Shown in pieces: positions 26,267 through 39,951 of a DNA stretch of 64,000 nt. Below the pieces are notes generated by a model that saw only the letters and a list, made by a program, of their open reading frames with translations, was not told where the DNA came from and did no database searches. Position 1 is the stretch's first letter, and every line of letters starts with the position of its first letter. The position numbers and the translations under genes were made by a program. The DNA is taken from positions 13,255,186-13,319,185 of the forward strand of contig OZ316895.1 in assembly GCA_973895155.1 (NCBI GenBank), in the 5' to 3' direction. This DNA is from Marsupella aquatica (lineage: Eukaryota > Plantae > Marchantiophyta).

Positions 26267-27464
26267 TCAATCGCCATGTGGAGCAGCAGCCTCCACGGTC
26301 ATCATGCATCGCACGCTCCGCAGTCCAATCGCTTGGCAGTGTCGATGATGAACGGCCGGCGATAGTGATTTGGTGAAGAGATCCGCACAGTTGTCTGCAC
26401 TTGAAATTTGTAAAATGTTGATCTCTGTTCCATGTAACTCGTGGGTGTAGAAGAACTTTGGAGCTATGTGCTTCACGCGATCGCCTTTGATGAATCCTTT
26501 TGTGATCTGCTGTATACATGTTGCGTTATCCTCAAAGATATTAGTAGGCTTCGTTAGTGTTGGTAGGCCGCATTTAGTATTGATGTGATTTATAAAAGAT
26601 TGTAACCAAACGGCTTCGCGACTAGCTTCATGTACAGCTAAAATTTCAGAGTGATTCAATGAGGTTGCTGTTAGGGTCTGTTTCACACTTTTCCAAGAAA
26701 AGCGGTACCCCCTATAGTAAAAACATATTCGGTTTGGGATTTTGCGGTGTCAGTGTCGGAAAGGTATCCGGCGTCCGCATATCCTATGAGTTTGTGGTTT
26801 GCACCGAATGGGTAAAATAACCCGGTATTAGTGGTGCCACGCAGGTACCTAAATACGTGCTTAACTCCATTCTAGTGTTTGGCTGTGGGAGTTGCACTGT
26901 GCCTAGCTAGTAAGTTAACTACAAATATAATATCCGGTCGGGTCTGGTTCGCTAAGTACATTAATGCTCCTATCGCGGAAAGATACGGAGTTTCCGGTCC
27001 TAATAGTGGTTCGTGTTCTTCGCGCTTGCGAAAAACATCAGTATTGTTTTCTAATGAACGTACCATCATTGGAAACGTTAATGGGTGTGTTAAGTTCATA
27101 TTGAACTATTTTAGGATCTTTTCAGTTTGTGTTGTCTGATGGAGCATCATACTAGTAGGTAAGATCTCTAGTTGTAAGCCTAAGCTAAAGTTTGTATGGC
27201 CAAGGTCTTCCATCTCAAATGTTGTTTTGAGATGGGTAATAGTATCTTCTGTAATTTGGGGTGTCCCAAATATGTTAAGTCATCGACATAAATAGAAACG
27301 ATGACATATTCGTCATCCATATGTTTAATAAATAAACATGGAGTAATTACATCATGGGAAAAACTCATGGAAATCATCTCATTGGTGAATCTTTGATGCC
27401 ATACTCTGCCACTTTGTTTCAGGCCATATAATGCCTTCAACACGCGGATAGCTAGTCCGCGACG
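26267..27464 (-). pseudogene. Copia RT (C-terminal part) and RNase H, frameshifted
   Basis: GLAIRVLKALYGLKQSGRVW, IYVDDL, PYLSAIGALMYLANQTRPDI, ATSLNHSEILA, KHIAPKFFYTHEL. Confidence 0.9.
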
Positions 27465-30400
27465 AGTATGCCAATCACGAAACTTGACTACCTTAACACT
27501 TAGCTCCGGCGTCGCTGGCTCCAACGTCGAGCTCCCTTATGGTCCAGGCCCGGATAGGCCATCCGGGGAGGACTTAACATGGGGAGACTTGTGGGCAATG
27601 AGACGTGGCACTAGCGAGGCAAGGGGCCAAGCTGGGAACACACACTAAGGACTTGGACTAGCCTATGGCTGGTTGGGTCAAGGGGAAATGGGCCGGGCTC
27701 AAGGATGGCCGTCCAGACCTTTGGATGGACTTTGAGTTCTAAGGGCTTGGGAGTGAGCTCCTCTTGGGCCCAAGGCCAATGGATTTGACGCCATTGGCAA
27801 CGGACGCTTGGGGCGCAAGTTGTGGCCCGATCCGGGTTGGGCCGGTCGGGGGCCCCGAGCAGCGATCAGACCTGAGGGCCTAGACATGAGCACTTGGTCG
27901 GCCCGGTCACAACGGGCTAAGGCACTCCGCTTGCAAATGCCTATCAAGAAAGTTATGGGCGTTGCCAGTTGGTGGCGCTCCCATTATGCGCGATGGGATC
28001 CGGGTTGGGGGCCAAATGTTTAGGGACCAAAGCTGGTCCGGGGGTGGCAGGTCTCCAGAAGCATAGATGAGAGGAGTGGTGTCTCCCTGGGGGCTAAGGC
28101 CGAGCCAAAGTCGTGAGCCGCGGCGGTCGCGACACTAAGGGAAACCGCCAAACGGAAATGGCAATATCTTCCCAACAGGAAGTCCGTTGGAGGACTTCTT
28201 GGGTGAGTTGGAAATCTCTTGAGGAGGGCTACATCCTCCTGAGCTCAGCTGGGTCTGGGGGTGCCGTGGGTTCTCATGGTTTGCGGGTGTTAGCTCGCCC
28301 GCTTGCCAAATCCTGCCGAACAGCAGCCAAGCCGCGTTCAGTCTCCCAAGGGAGCTTGCATTGGGGAGGCAAGGCCAAGTAGGTGCGGAGGCTGAGTTCC
28401 AAGGGTGCTCGGCCCCTAGACCACCAGTGGGGCAAACCGGGAGCGGTTGCTAGAGTCGGGGCCGTTCTGGTCCCAACGTCCTGGGACAAGCTTTAGGACA
28501 AGCTACGCTACTTGGGCCATGAACATGTTCTGAGGTCAGGGCGGTTAGTTGGTGATGGATAGGTACGAGGGAGAACCCGGGCCGCGCCCAAGGAAGAAAC
28601 TGTTCTGGACGAACAGTGGGCATGGGTTTTGGTTCTGGCTTATGGCATCGGGAGGACCTATCATTGACCTATTTACCAAAGTCTATTGAGCTTGAGTTAG
28701 GATGCTAAACTTGGCGAGTTCTAGATGTAGTATCACACTAGGGACATACATAAACATTTAAGATCCAAAACTCGGTATTCGTTCCCATGGAAGAACATGT
28801 AAGGAATGATTTTCTATGATTTAGCACTTATGAATGAATAAGGTAACAAAAACACAAAGTTGAGCCTTTTACTATGGTTGCTCAGCAAGGCATAGTTTTA
28901 AATGTCTGCTTGACATTAAAAATAAAATTAATAAATGGAACCAATTAATAAAACACAATGAAAACCTTGAAGTATGGTGAGGGAGTTAGGAAATAACCAA
29001 GGTGACTCCTCAACATAACTTCATTTGATATGATTTAGGTGGTATATCCGCAAGAATATTTCTGGAAAGGATTACGGTACTAGAATGATTACTAAAATAC
29101 CGTCAACATGTCTCAACTTTTTCTTCCAAGGTATCGAGTGGAGACTAGTAATCAATCACTTCTGTATCCAATCGGTACTTTGTGTCATAAATAAGAGACA
29201 CCATCATAATCAAATTTGAAGCCATAAGTAATTGGTAAGTAACAATCTTTGCATCTCGTGCACAAGCAATGTCACGTCAAAAACTATGCATCAAGAACTA
29301 AGGAATATGTGAAACATCACCAACAAGTAATCTATTTCCACATACTCAAAAGATTTAACAATCACAATAATTTTACTTCAAGGGTCCAAACTTCTCATTC
29401 ATTTAGACTTGAAGGGGGAAGAATTTATTTATATTAAGTACTCATATGCAATGGAGTGCTCGTTACAAACGGAGGTAACAAAGTTGCAATCTTGCAACTG
29501 AGCGCTCATGCAATTTCTTCACACAAAAAGTGGCAAAAACTCTACTACATATAGGCTAGCAGAAACTAAAGGGGAAAATAGATAATTAAAGTACATGCCC
29601 TATCATATCTCAAGGATCATAGGCTAAAGTAAAAAGTATGAAAATATGCTATAAGAGTACTCAAGGTTCAGTAGAATGTTGCTGGAATGAAAAACTAACC
29701 AAAAGTTATCCCTAGTGTAAACTGGAGTAAAAGTGTTTTTGCACTTTTGTGGTAAAACTAATAAATAGTGAGTTTATCAGAATTTTAATTTCTAACATAA
29801 AAGTCAAAATGGGGTGAAACTTTCCTAGGTGGAAGATTTATATACATGCTTCATGCTGGAAAACTTTCAGACTTTTCTGAGGTGTCTAAGTGCCTTAATA
29901 AAATAGGTGAAAAGTGCTGTCGGATAAAAAATACATTGTTCCGGAAAATTTTTCAAGTGTCGGAAGCGCCGTTGCGCCTTTGCGCTTTGGAGCACTAGCG
30001 CCGTTGCGCCTTTGCACACTCACGCTTAAGCAAAACTAAAAATGCTATAACTTCTAAACGACATGTAAGTTTAAGCCGATACTTTCAGGGTATGGTCTAC
30101 TATGTAAGGGCTATCTCCTGAAAAAGTATGGGACTTTTCTAACTATGATAACTATTTAACAAAAATGATGGAGATTGACTAATCCTGACTCGAAGGATGG
30201 AGTAGGTCAATCCTCCTGAAGTAGTGCTGACTGGTCCGGTTGTTGAACACTTGTGCAAGTATTCTCTTGCATAGCTTCTTGAATTATATCCATGTCTTGA
30301 GCGTGATGCCGATAGAAAGGTAAAGACTTCCGCTGTCGTTCAAGATCCAGAACAGGAAGTAGTCTCCGGTGTAGCATGGCATTAGGTAAAGTGTTCAGTT

Positions 30401-30877
30401 GATCTAAATTGCTACAAAAGGTAACTATACTGCACCTTTGACTTAGAAAAAGTTCAAAATTTATATTTTTTTCTATCATTTCTAACTATGTACTATATTA
30501 CACTAGATCCGGAGGGGTTACTTACCGAGGTGCTTGGTTGCTTGTGCAGACAATGAGGACCGTTGAGTAGCGGTCCGTGTAGGTGAGCGAGTGCGACTTC
30601 GTATGGGAGGGGCCGCAGGTGGTGCTAGAGGCACTTGGATGCTTGCTCGAGGTATTCCGTGGAGGCGTTCGGGCACCAAGGGCACTTAGGCGCAAGTGTT
30701 GGGATTGGTGAGGGCGCTGGGTGGCGAGGTCCACCACTATGCCATACGGTTGACACAAGGGTGTCATTGTGATGAGTTACATGTGTAGATGACACATTAG
30801 GTATAACTTGAGGTGATTGGTTGATAATCTTATGTAAATATGGAATATGCGATGTAGCGCCTTGAGCTAGAGCTCAA
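27465..30877. mobile_element. Unclassified 3.4-kb non-coding insertion in the copia RT (possible large solo LTR or non-autonomous element)
   Basis: CGACG duplicated at 27460-27464 and 30878-30882. Excision restores the in-frame RT peptide PELEERRGLAIRVLKALYG. No recognisable ORF inside. Confidence 0.8.
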
Positions 30878-33800
30878 CGACGTTCCTCCAACTCAGGAGG
30901 TGATCGTATGTATAGACTGTAAGTGTCTAAAGTTCCATATAAATATGCAGTTGCAACGTCCAGTTGTCGCATCTTAAGTTTGTGGAAAATGGAAAATCTA
31001 ATAAGGTATTGGAATGTTGTGCTTCCATAACCGGTGAGTAAGTTTCATCGTAATGAATTCCCGGTTGTTGGGTAAATCCTTTCCCTACTTTGTAGCGTAC
31101 AACCAGGCCTTTATCATTTCTTTTGCGGACGAAGGTCCACTTGTAGCCAATGAGGTGTACGTGTCTCGGTGTTGGCTCAACTGGGCCAAAAGTGTGTCTG
31201 CTTAGTAGGGAATCTAGTTCTCCATTGATAGTTTTTTGCCATTTAGGCCAATCTGGTCTATTTTGGCATTCTAAGATGGAGATTGGTTCAGGTGTATCGT
31301 CATTGATATGAGTTGCCACCATTAGTGCAAAAGCATCATCTATTGAAGTAGTATTTCTATCCCACATCGCATCGGTGTGTGCATAGTGGATAGAGATCTC
31401 TTCATGAGTTGTAGAGTCAGTATGATCTACGTCAGGTGGAAGAGGGATAGATGAACCACGCCTTCTTGGTTGTTTATCTTTTGATCCCAATGGTACCACG
31501 TTTGGAATGAGGCTGGGATGTACTTGTTGGCTCAACTGATAATTCGATGCGAGCGGATGCTCTCCCAGCTGGAATGTGTGAGCGTGTAACTTGTGATGTA
31601 TCGACAAAAGTGTTGGGAAGTTCCTCCACAATCTTGTGGAATTGCAAAATTTGCTGAACTTCTTTCTCCCCCTGATTTGTTCTAAGGTCTTGCCAAAATG
31701 ACGAATGTCTCTCCCACTCCAAAGGTGGCAGTGGGTGTTTAGGGTTTATGAGTGGTGGATAAATATGCTCATCAAAATGGCAATCTAAAAATCTGGCTTT
31801 AAAAACGTCGCCTGTTGTAGGCTCCATATATCGGATTATGGACGGTGAGTCGAATCCGATGTATATCCCCAAGTGTCGTTGGGGTCCCATCGTGGTTTGT
31901 TTAGGTGGAGTAATGGGAACCATTACTTGACGTCCAAATGAACGAAGGTGGGATAGATCGGGTTTGATACCGTTAGCAATTTGGTATGGACTATAAGTAT
32001 TAAAAGGCGATGGGCGGTATTGAATTAATGCGTTAGCCTATAATATGGCATGTCCCCAAGCTTAGACGGGGAGTTTTGACTGCATTAGTAGTGGGCATGC
32101 AATTAGCTGAAGGCATTTAATGACAGCTTCAGCTAATCCATTATGGAAATGCACGTGGGGTACGGGATATTGTACATCAATACCTAGTGATGTACAAAAG
32201 TTGTCAAAGGTTTTGGATGTGAATTCCCCTGCATTGTCCACCCTTAGTGTCTTAATGGGGTGATCGGGAAATTGTGCCTTCACGCGCAAGATTTGCGCCA
32301 AGATGCGAGGCATAACCATGTTCCGCATCGAAAGCAGGGTCATATTTGACCATTTGGTTGATGCATCGATCAGTACCATAAAGTAGCGGAATGGTCCACT
32401 CGATGGGTTAATTGGCCCGCAAACATCCGCATGTATGATGTCCAAGAATTTTGGTATCTTGGTTGGTAATTTTGATGTCGTGGGCCTTGTTATTAGTTTG
32501 TCGCGTGAGCATTCAGTGCATGGAGTGCTAGCTAGAATGTGGCGTATGTTGGTTGGAATGCCTCGTGAATTCTTAATAATTTTGCTTAGCATGGATTGAC
32601 CGGGGTGGCCAAGGCGTGCATGCCAAAGCGTGGGCAATTCGCTTGGTTGTGCATTATTATGCAAACATTCAATTTGAGTTACGTAAAACCTGCATGGGTA
32701 CGAGAAAATAGTCTCTTTAATGATTTTTCCCATACGGGTATTTTCAACCAAATGGATCACTTCTTGGTCTTTTGTATCGCCTATCTGGACGTGGAGTCCA
32801 TTTGCTCGTATATCCCTAAAACTTAGGAATTGCGGGTTGCATTCGGGGCGAAGATAGCTGATTCTATCTGGATTTCTGTACCTAGCGAAAGTCTAATAGA
32901 AGCTGGGCTGAAGCCCTCTTCTATCTAGCTAGGACCATTGATAGTGGTCAGTGATCTACTTGAAGGTGTGATCTTGTGGAAAAGAGTTCTATCCCAAAGG
33001 ATAGTATGAGTAGTCGCACTATCAATAATGCATATGCTAGGGCTATTTAGGTCTGGGGTTGTGGAGCTACTCGCCACTAAATGTGCCTCGGGTTGCACAT
33101 GTGTGTCTAAAAAATCTTGAATAAGTCTCTGGATTCCATAAACGCCCCGTGGGTCTCACGGGGTGGTGCCCTAGAGGTTTGGCCATCCTTTAGAGACTGT
33201 TGGTATAGGTCTCTAAGATACTGTGGAATCCTATAGCTGCGGGCCAGATGGTTGGTCATGCCACATTTGTGGCATCTTGGTCGTTCTCGCTGTGGTCGAG
33301 ATTGAGGCCGATCGCTTCATCGGTTGTTATGGTATCTCCTTCCACCGCGTCCGCGTTCTCGGCCGCGTGTGAAGTTGTTGTGGGAACTCTGTTGTTGTGG
33401 GCGCCCATTTGGGCGACCTCTGAAGGCCCGTCTAAATGCGCCGCGCTACGGGCGTTGGTTGAAGAAACTCCCCCTGTTGAGGGTGTTTCTCCTATTACCA
33501 TTCTTGGCGCGCTTGGTACCCTGCCTTGATGTGGAGGGTCCAGCGTTGTCTATGTGATGGGTTTCTCTCTGTGGTCCTGGGGTTAGCGTGCCCGCAGGAC
33601 GTTTCCTAGAGTTAACTAAAAGGAGCTCTTGGTTCCTTTCTGTTACTAGGAGGTGGACGATGAGCTCTGAGTATTGTCCGAACTTCATGTTCCGGTACTG
33701 GGTTGATAGTACACATTCGAAGAGTGGAACGTGGACAAGGTTTTTTCTAGCAAGTCCTTGTTTGCGACTGGCTTGCCATAGAGTGCAAGGGTTGAGGTTA

Positions 33801-34194
33801 TTCTGAATAGCTCACTATTGTAGGTTGAGATGGATGTAAAGTCCTGGACCCGTAAGTTTAGCCATTCTTGGCGTGCTCTGGGTAGTTCGACCAATGTCTG
33901 GTGGTCGAATCGGGTCTTAAGCGCTATCCATAGCTCGCGAGGGGTGGAGAGGTGCATGTACTGTCTCTGCAAGAACCTATGGATATGGCGTCAAAAAAAT
34001 ACTAGGGCCTTTGATTCATTAGCCTTGGTTAACGGGTCTGGTTGGGGTTCGCCTGCTAGTATGGGTTGGGCTATCCCTATAGCTGGGAGAAGGGTTAAAT
34101 AGGTCAGGTTCTCCTTGAGGTTCATGGACCACTCGAGGTAATTGTTACCGTCGATTTCTAAAGCTAGGAAAGTCAATTTCTCCAGGTTGGCCAT
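30878..34194 (-). pseudogene. Copia gag-protease-integrase-RT (N-terminal part), frameshifted
   Basis: Fragments 33991-34194, 33685-33972, 33446-33688, 32062-32760, 31474-31923 and 30927-31631 carry Bianca-like peptides (LPRARQEWLNLRVQDF, GIYIGFDSPSIIRY, GYKWTFVRKRN). Confidence 0.9.
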
Positions 34195-35546
34195 CTAGGG
34201 TTACTATGGCACTAGTGTATTAAGCTTCTTTTGGATGGTAATTAGGGCTTATGTAGTAATAGCCATAGGTAATAGGAATTGAAGGAGCACATTTATGAGA
34301 GATTTAATGCGGGTTCTTAGTAAGTAGGTAGCAAATGGATGGCTAAGGTTATGCCTGAAAGTTGCAAGGCCTTTTGTGATTAGGGGTAAGCAAAAATGAC
34401 TTTTTAGGGTTTTGCACTTCTGGTTACGTTTCCTTTGTAAATGTATAACTACACATCATTCCATGTATTTTAGGATTCCTTTGTATTGGTGATGCAGTTA
34501 TCCAGTTGTGCACTTAGGGTTGCAGTTATGGTTAAGTGCGAGTCTTCCTTTGTTATTTCAAGTTCCTTTGGAAATAAGTTGCACTTAGAGATGGATTGGC
34601 GATTATGTCACTTAGCGTTGTCTGTCGGTTGCTTGTCTCGGTGTTTCCTCGATGAATGTGACTTCAATGTCATCAGCGATCACCTTGGGTTGTGCCACTT
34701 GCAATCACCTTGGGTACAGCTTTCTAATCACCTTGTCAATCTCTCTTTTTGAAATTCCTTCTTTGCTTTTCGATAGCCTCTCTGCTTACTAGCTTTCTTT
34801 GAGAGTAAATTTAAGGTAGATCGATGTTGTCCTCTTCTTCTGGTTGCTTTGCTGCTGCTATGTTATCCTTCAGGTAACATCGATCGTGCGCTGTCGCCGC
34901 AAGACCTTCTCTCCATCTTTACCCTATCGATTCTCGGCGCCTCTTTTCTGTTCACTTCTCTGATCTTCGAGTGTTATCATTTCTCTCTCGGTCTGTCCTT
35001 ATTGATTCGCGATGCTGCCTGCCTGCTTTTCTCAATTCCTCACTCAATCCTTGTTACTGTCCCGATTGTGGTCTGTCACAGGCTCTTCCATCTGGGCCTG
35101 TCCTTATGAGGTCGCGAAGTCCTTATGGATGCTTTTCGATTTGGCATTAGGCACCTTTGGAGTCCTTTCTTGATTGTTCTGCCTGAATTTGTTTTCCATT
35201 CTCATTGACCTCCTGCTTTACTGTTCGCTCTTCATAATTGCGCAGCGCAGGAGAATTGCTCTGTCTGGTGACTCAAACTTGATCGCCTTTGATCCTTAGT
35301 TATCGATTCTCCCTTTAAGTCTCTTCCTATCTCAATTCCTTGCTTGCCTCGTCAGTTCTGAATTTCTCTTCTTGTTTTCAGAACGGATCCCTATTCACTC
35401 CTTCTCTTCTCGATTCTGTTTGTGTCTTTTCAATTTTCCGAAATTGCTCTTGAGGTCCTTATGATCTCCTCGGCAAATCTATCCTTATCTCGAGGGATCA
35501 ATATGTTATAGCTGTTTTCTTCTCTCCGCTCCGCTGGTGAGACAAA

Positions 35547-35558
35547 GTGCTGATAACG
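35547..35558 (-). promoter_or_regulatory. Primer-binding site CGTTATCAGCAC (internal/half tRNA-iMet type)
   Basis: Immediately follows the 5' LTR on the minus strand and lacks the usual TGG start; matches the PBS type known for Bianca elements. Confidence 0.75.
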
Positions 35559-35675
35559 TGTGATGGAGAAATGATAATCACCATATATAGAATGTGGAAT
35601 GTCATGATACATATAGATGTGTCGGGTGACCGGTTGGTCCAGTCAACAGGTGGAGTCTACAGGTGGAGTCTAACA
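35559..35675 (-). repeat. Copia 5' LTR (117 bp including a 13-bp internal duplication)
   Basis: TG...CA, matches the split 3' LTR, followed by the TSD CCTAA. Confidence 0.93.
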
Positions 35676-38600
35676 CCTAAGAGTGGCTTTACAAGTTATC
35701 CAGGCCCATTGTCTCCTTTTCCATTTCTATGAGATTAAAGTTTTGCAGTATAATGAGTGCAAAGGGCGATTTGCTTTTACACAAACAGGGGGCCATCAAC
35801 TCTGGTGTACGTATCCTGCATGGCAAATAAGGGTCCAGGTAACTATTGATGTAGAGTGCTGTTTTAGTCTACTCTGTAAATTTAGTGTAATATGTGGTCC
35901 AAACATTTCCAAACTTTGGCTCACTCATTATAGATATCACACTGACACAACAAAAAGCGAAAAATGGGGAGACAAGATTTTGGTCCGGAATGTATCTTTA
36001 GAAAAAGATGTGGCCCCAGTTGCTTTGGTTTAAAAAGTCACAGGTGCACTATATGCCTTGTTATTTGTGTGTTTTTACTCTCATGTATTTTCAGAGGCGA
36101 AAGCTTAATTACTATGTAAACTAACTAAAATGGAGTAGGTGCAAGGAATCTGGGATCTAATGCTTTAGCTGTGCATGACGGTATTAGCAGAAGGGTGGGA
36201 ATCATATGTCATTTCTTACAAAATATTTAGAAGAGCTGGCCTATCTGCAGACAAGAAAAAACTTCAGTTTCATAATGTTTTAATGTTTTAATAGAAATTC
36301 TTAGAACTAGTATCAAGATGCAAAGAAAAAAATTAGGTCAAACTAGGAGACATGATCCCAATGGCAAGAAACCCCATAAAGGGAAAAAACACAAGGGAAA
36401 ATCTATTACAAGCACTTATGACTTGTGACACATTGAACCTGCTTGCATGGATTGGAACAGAACCCTTGCATGCAAAACCAGATCCCTTGCTTGAACACAC
36501 CTCACCTTGATAGTAATAGCATCCAATTAGTGTGTGTGAAATTAGTGTTACTAGGAATAAGAAGGGAATAGGGTTTTCTACAGTTATCCATGCATACTAG
36601 GGCCCCGACTAGGGCCAAAGGAATTTGTATGCCTATAGTGGGACATGCAGCTTCTTACTGCATGTGGACTGGCTTCACCTCAACTAGTGTCAAAAATAGT
36701 AAATGAGGTAAACAGTCAAGAAGCAAAAACCTTTATTTAGAAAGGCTTAGGGTTTTTAGGGCCCATCTCCCTGGGAACAAACCCCATTGTCACACCAAAG
36801 CTGAAAGCAGGGAAGTAAACAAAATGCTCTGTATAATGAAGTCGAAGGCATTTTAATCCAAATCCATCTTAGTCATGGCTAAGAAAGAAACGGCCCTGGT
36901 ATTGGATTGTAGAGCTAAAGGATAACTTGTTCAAAGTGCAATCCAGGATCATGATATGAAAGGGTGTGACTCTTCCCCAGCCAATCAGACCGAGTGCAAT
37001 ATTTAAAATGAATGAAAGTAGCAGACGGGCATCAAATTATGTCTGAGTCGGTCCTTGCTGCACTATGGAATATCATCATCATTGGTTTAAAAGGTAAGTT
37101 TCTATGGATCCCATGCAAGCTTAGGAATCATATCTGATCAAAAAATGATATCCCTAGCAAAATGTTCGAGATGAAAATCCCATCCAAGCTTAAACCACCA
37201 CTGGCCATAATAAAAGGAATAATGTCCAAAACTTCTCCCTTTTTCAGGCCCATTCCTCTCCTCTACCGTGAGGTTTTGCTCCTCAATTTAAAAAAAAAAT
37301 ACTAAAAATGGTGGAACCATGTTTTTGTCATGGCTAGTGGCTCTTTAAAGCTATGTGTGGTTTGGAACTCAAATAATATCTTTACTTTTACAAATGATTG
37401 CACTTTTGTATCTCAAAGGTTCCTAGGTCTATCCAAGCTGCAAAGTCAAATAATATGATACATTCGAGCATCAACTTCGGCTACAATGCAATGGGTGTTA
37501 CTTTATAATGACTTGCTAAGATTGAGCCATCATATTTGTCTTCACATGTTTGTCATTTCAACTACATTGAGTACACATATCAGAAAACTACAGTAGTGTA
37601 CCTCACCATCCCAATCACCCACCCTCAACCCAGGAGTCGACAAGACTTACCCCTCCTACCCCTCAACCCTTGTCACAATTTGTACTACTTGCCTACAAAA
37701 CCAAAGAGCCTGACTCCCTGGTCACCTGTAGTCTGAGCCAAGGCACTAGAATGACCCGCTGCACCCATCCCAACTCATCCCTCAAACCCGCAACTTCCCC
37801 CTTGAAGGCCAAACTCTCCCAGACTCCCACCAGGGTTGGCCACTACATTGTATGAGGAGAAAGCTCTCATTGCGTTGCAACTATTGTTGCTTATAGTTAG
37901 GGGTGGATAGGGAGCCAGGAGGGTTTCATTAAGGGTGTGAACGAGGAAGTTGGTACCAAGCAGGGATCGAAGGGACTTTGTTGGGATTGGATATCTTGTA
38001 AAACCAACTATCCAAACTTTTATTTGGCGCAATCATGATCCAAGAGCATTTGAATGCATATTCCTGTTTCAAAGCACCTACTTGTTTGCATGAAGTTGCC
38101 TTTTGCCACACTCAGTGTATCTTCCTCTCCCTTTTGGATGACACCCACATAAGTGGTCCACCTGATGAGGTTGCTCATGCTTTAGCCCTAATTTAAAAAA
38201 AGTGGTGTTTGGTTACAGGTTGAGCCTGTGAAGAGCCATAGATGGAATCATTTAGGGTTACCCTTAGATTTAGAGCTTCCACCCATGTTTGAATGTCCAA
38301 CACAAAGTCTTTGGATACTAGGTTCACTAATAAGTAATAATGTGTACTGCTTGTACATTTTACCACGTGCTCTAGAGGAGGAGTCTGCATTAAATCATTT
38401 GCTACATGAAAGGACTTAACCAGGCCCCTCTAGCATCTTGTGTACTTGATGGACCAAAAGATGGACTCAGGACTTGACCAGGCCCTTCAGACGGTAGGCC
38501 ATCGGATATTAAAAAAACATAGTGATTTTCGAGTAATTTCACAATAGTTGTTGTCAGGTCTGCCTCTACTACACAGGGCGCCACTACTTGACTCCGGGTC

Positions 38601-39858
38601 GAGCTCCGGGTGCCACAAAATCTTCAAAATGTTAATTTTTGACAAAACTCAATATTTTATTGGATGACTAAATGGATCCGGTTTGAGCTGAAAATGTTTG
38701 GTGTGATCTCTTAAGCTCAAGGTACCTACTGAAAAAAAGTTGGGACTTTTTGGATGTCTACTTTTTTTCTTCTTTTTCCCCCTTTTTCCCTTTTTTTGGA
38801 TGTCTACTAACACTCAATATTTTATTCTCAAAAATCTACAATTAGGAAATTTTCTTAAGTCCTTTGTTTTGCAAACGCATACTTTAGGCTCAATTTAAAA
38901 CCTGTTAACTTATTGGAGGAAGGTGTCTAGCCTAGATTGCAATTTGTAAAATAATGACATTTGAAGATACAGGATTGAGTGTTGGAGGTGTCCAAAACCT
39001 CCCAACATTTTTCAGTACACATCTGTAGAGGCGGACGGCCAACCATCCAAAGGGGCCTGGTCAAGTCCTTAGTACATTTTTGTGGTCCATCAAGTCCACG
39101 AGATGCTAGAGGGGTCTGGTTAAGTCCTTTCCTGTCATTTGCTAGATAAGTTAATTGATACTTAAACAACATCTGAGTGGGAAATGGATGTTACAACACT
39201 AGACATGGACCTCTGCATAATCCCAGTTGTCCCCTTTGCAATAAGGAATGTACAGGATGTGTGGCTCTCGTGGAGTTTTTAACAAAGCAAACTAAGGTCA
39301 CTTCTTGTACTAAAGATGGATTCCAGACTATTTTTGTTGAAAGGAAATTAATAAATGTGAATTCTCTTAAATTGAGTTTGGAAAGGTTTGGACCATTCCT
39401 CAATGTGGTCTACAATTTTAGACAAAACAAGTACCCCACATCAACCTTCACTTGGGCCCACTCCCTTAGATCAGTAACTACCACACTTGAGTGGGCCCAC
39501 AAGTTCTTGGCATCCCTATAATTGCACTTAAAAAAGCAGCACCCAAAGTAGAAGTAACAACCCACTCTCATATAAGAGAACAATCTGGTTGATTGTGGTA
39601 TGGAAAATCCATCTAACATGTGGCACATGCCACTTGCACAGTACACCACATGCTGTTGCATTTTTATTTGCAGTTACCAGAAATTGAAGTTCTTGTTGAG
39701 CTAACTCCAACTATTTTCACTCATGATAGGGTCCAGATTTGGTTCCAGAGAATAAAGAGCATATAATATTTTCCAACTTCTTGTAGACCACCCTAAAATA
39801 GACCCAAATTTTATCTGAGAGAATACAAAGCATAAAGTTGTCCTTAACTTTTTGCTAA

Positions 39859-39951
39859 CCACTCTAAAATAGACCAAAGTATTACCCAAGTTGGGGTCCT
39901 TAACTTCTTGCAAACCACTCTAAAATAGACCAAAGTATTACCCAAGTTGGG
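39859..39951. repeat. Short direct duplication (~38 bp)
   Basis: accactctaaaatagaccaaagtattacccaagttggg at ~39858 and ~39914. Confidence 0.85.

Larger units (their letters stand above)
16733..35675 (-). mobile_element. Ty1/copia LTR retrotransposon, Bianca lineage, decayed, carrying two nested insertions
   Basis: TSD CCTAA at 16728-16732 and 35676-35680. TG..CA LTRs. PBS CGTTATCAGCAC and PPT AGGGGGAG. Order Gag (MANLEKLTFLALEIDGNNYLEW) - PR (IIDSATTHTIL) - INT (LWHARLGHPG, HADVCGPINPSSGPFRYFMVLIDAS, RVDNAGEF) - RT (ALYGLKQSG, IYVDDL) - RNase H (IFEDN, KHIAPKFFYTHEL). Confidence 0.93.

Noticed and set aside
37800-38560. Possible LINE ORF1 relic (SIPAWYQLP)
   Set aside because: A single weak motif in heavily decayed sequence; not supportable without a search.
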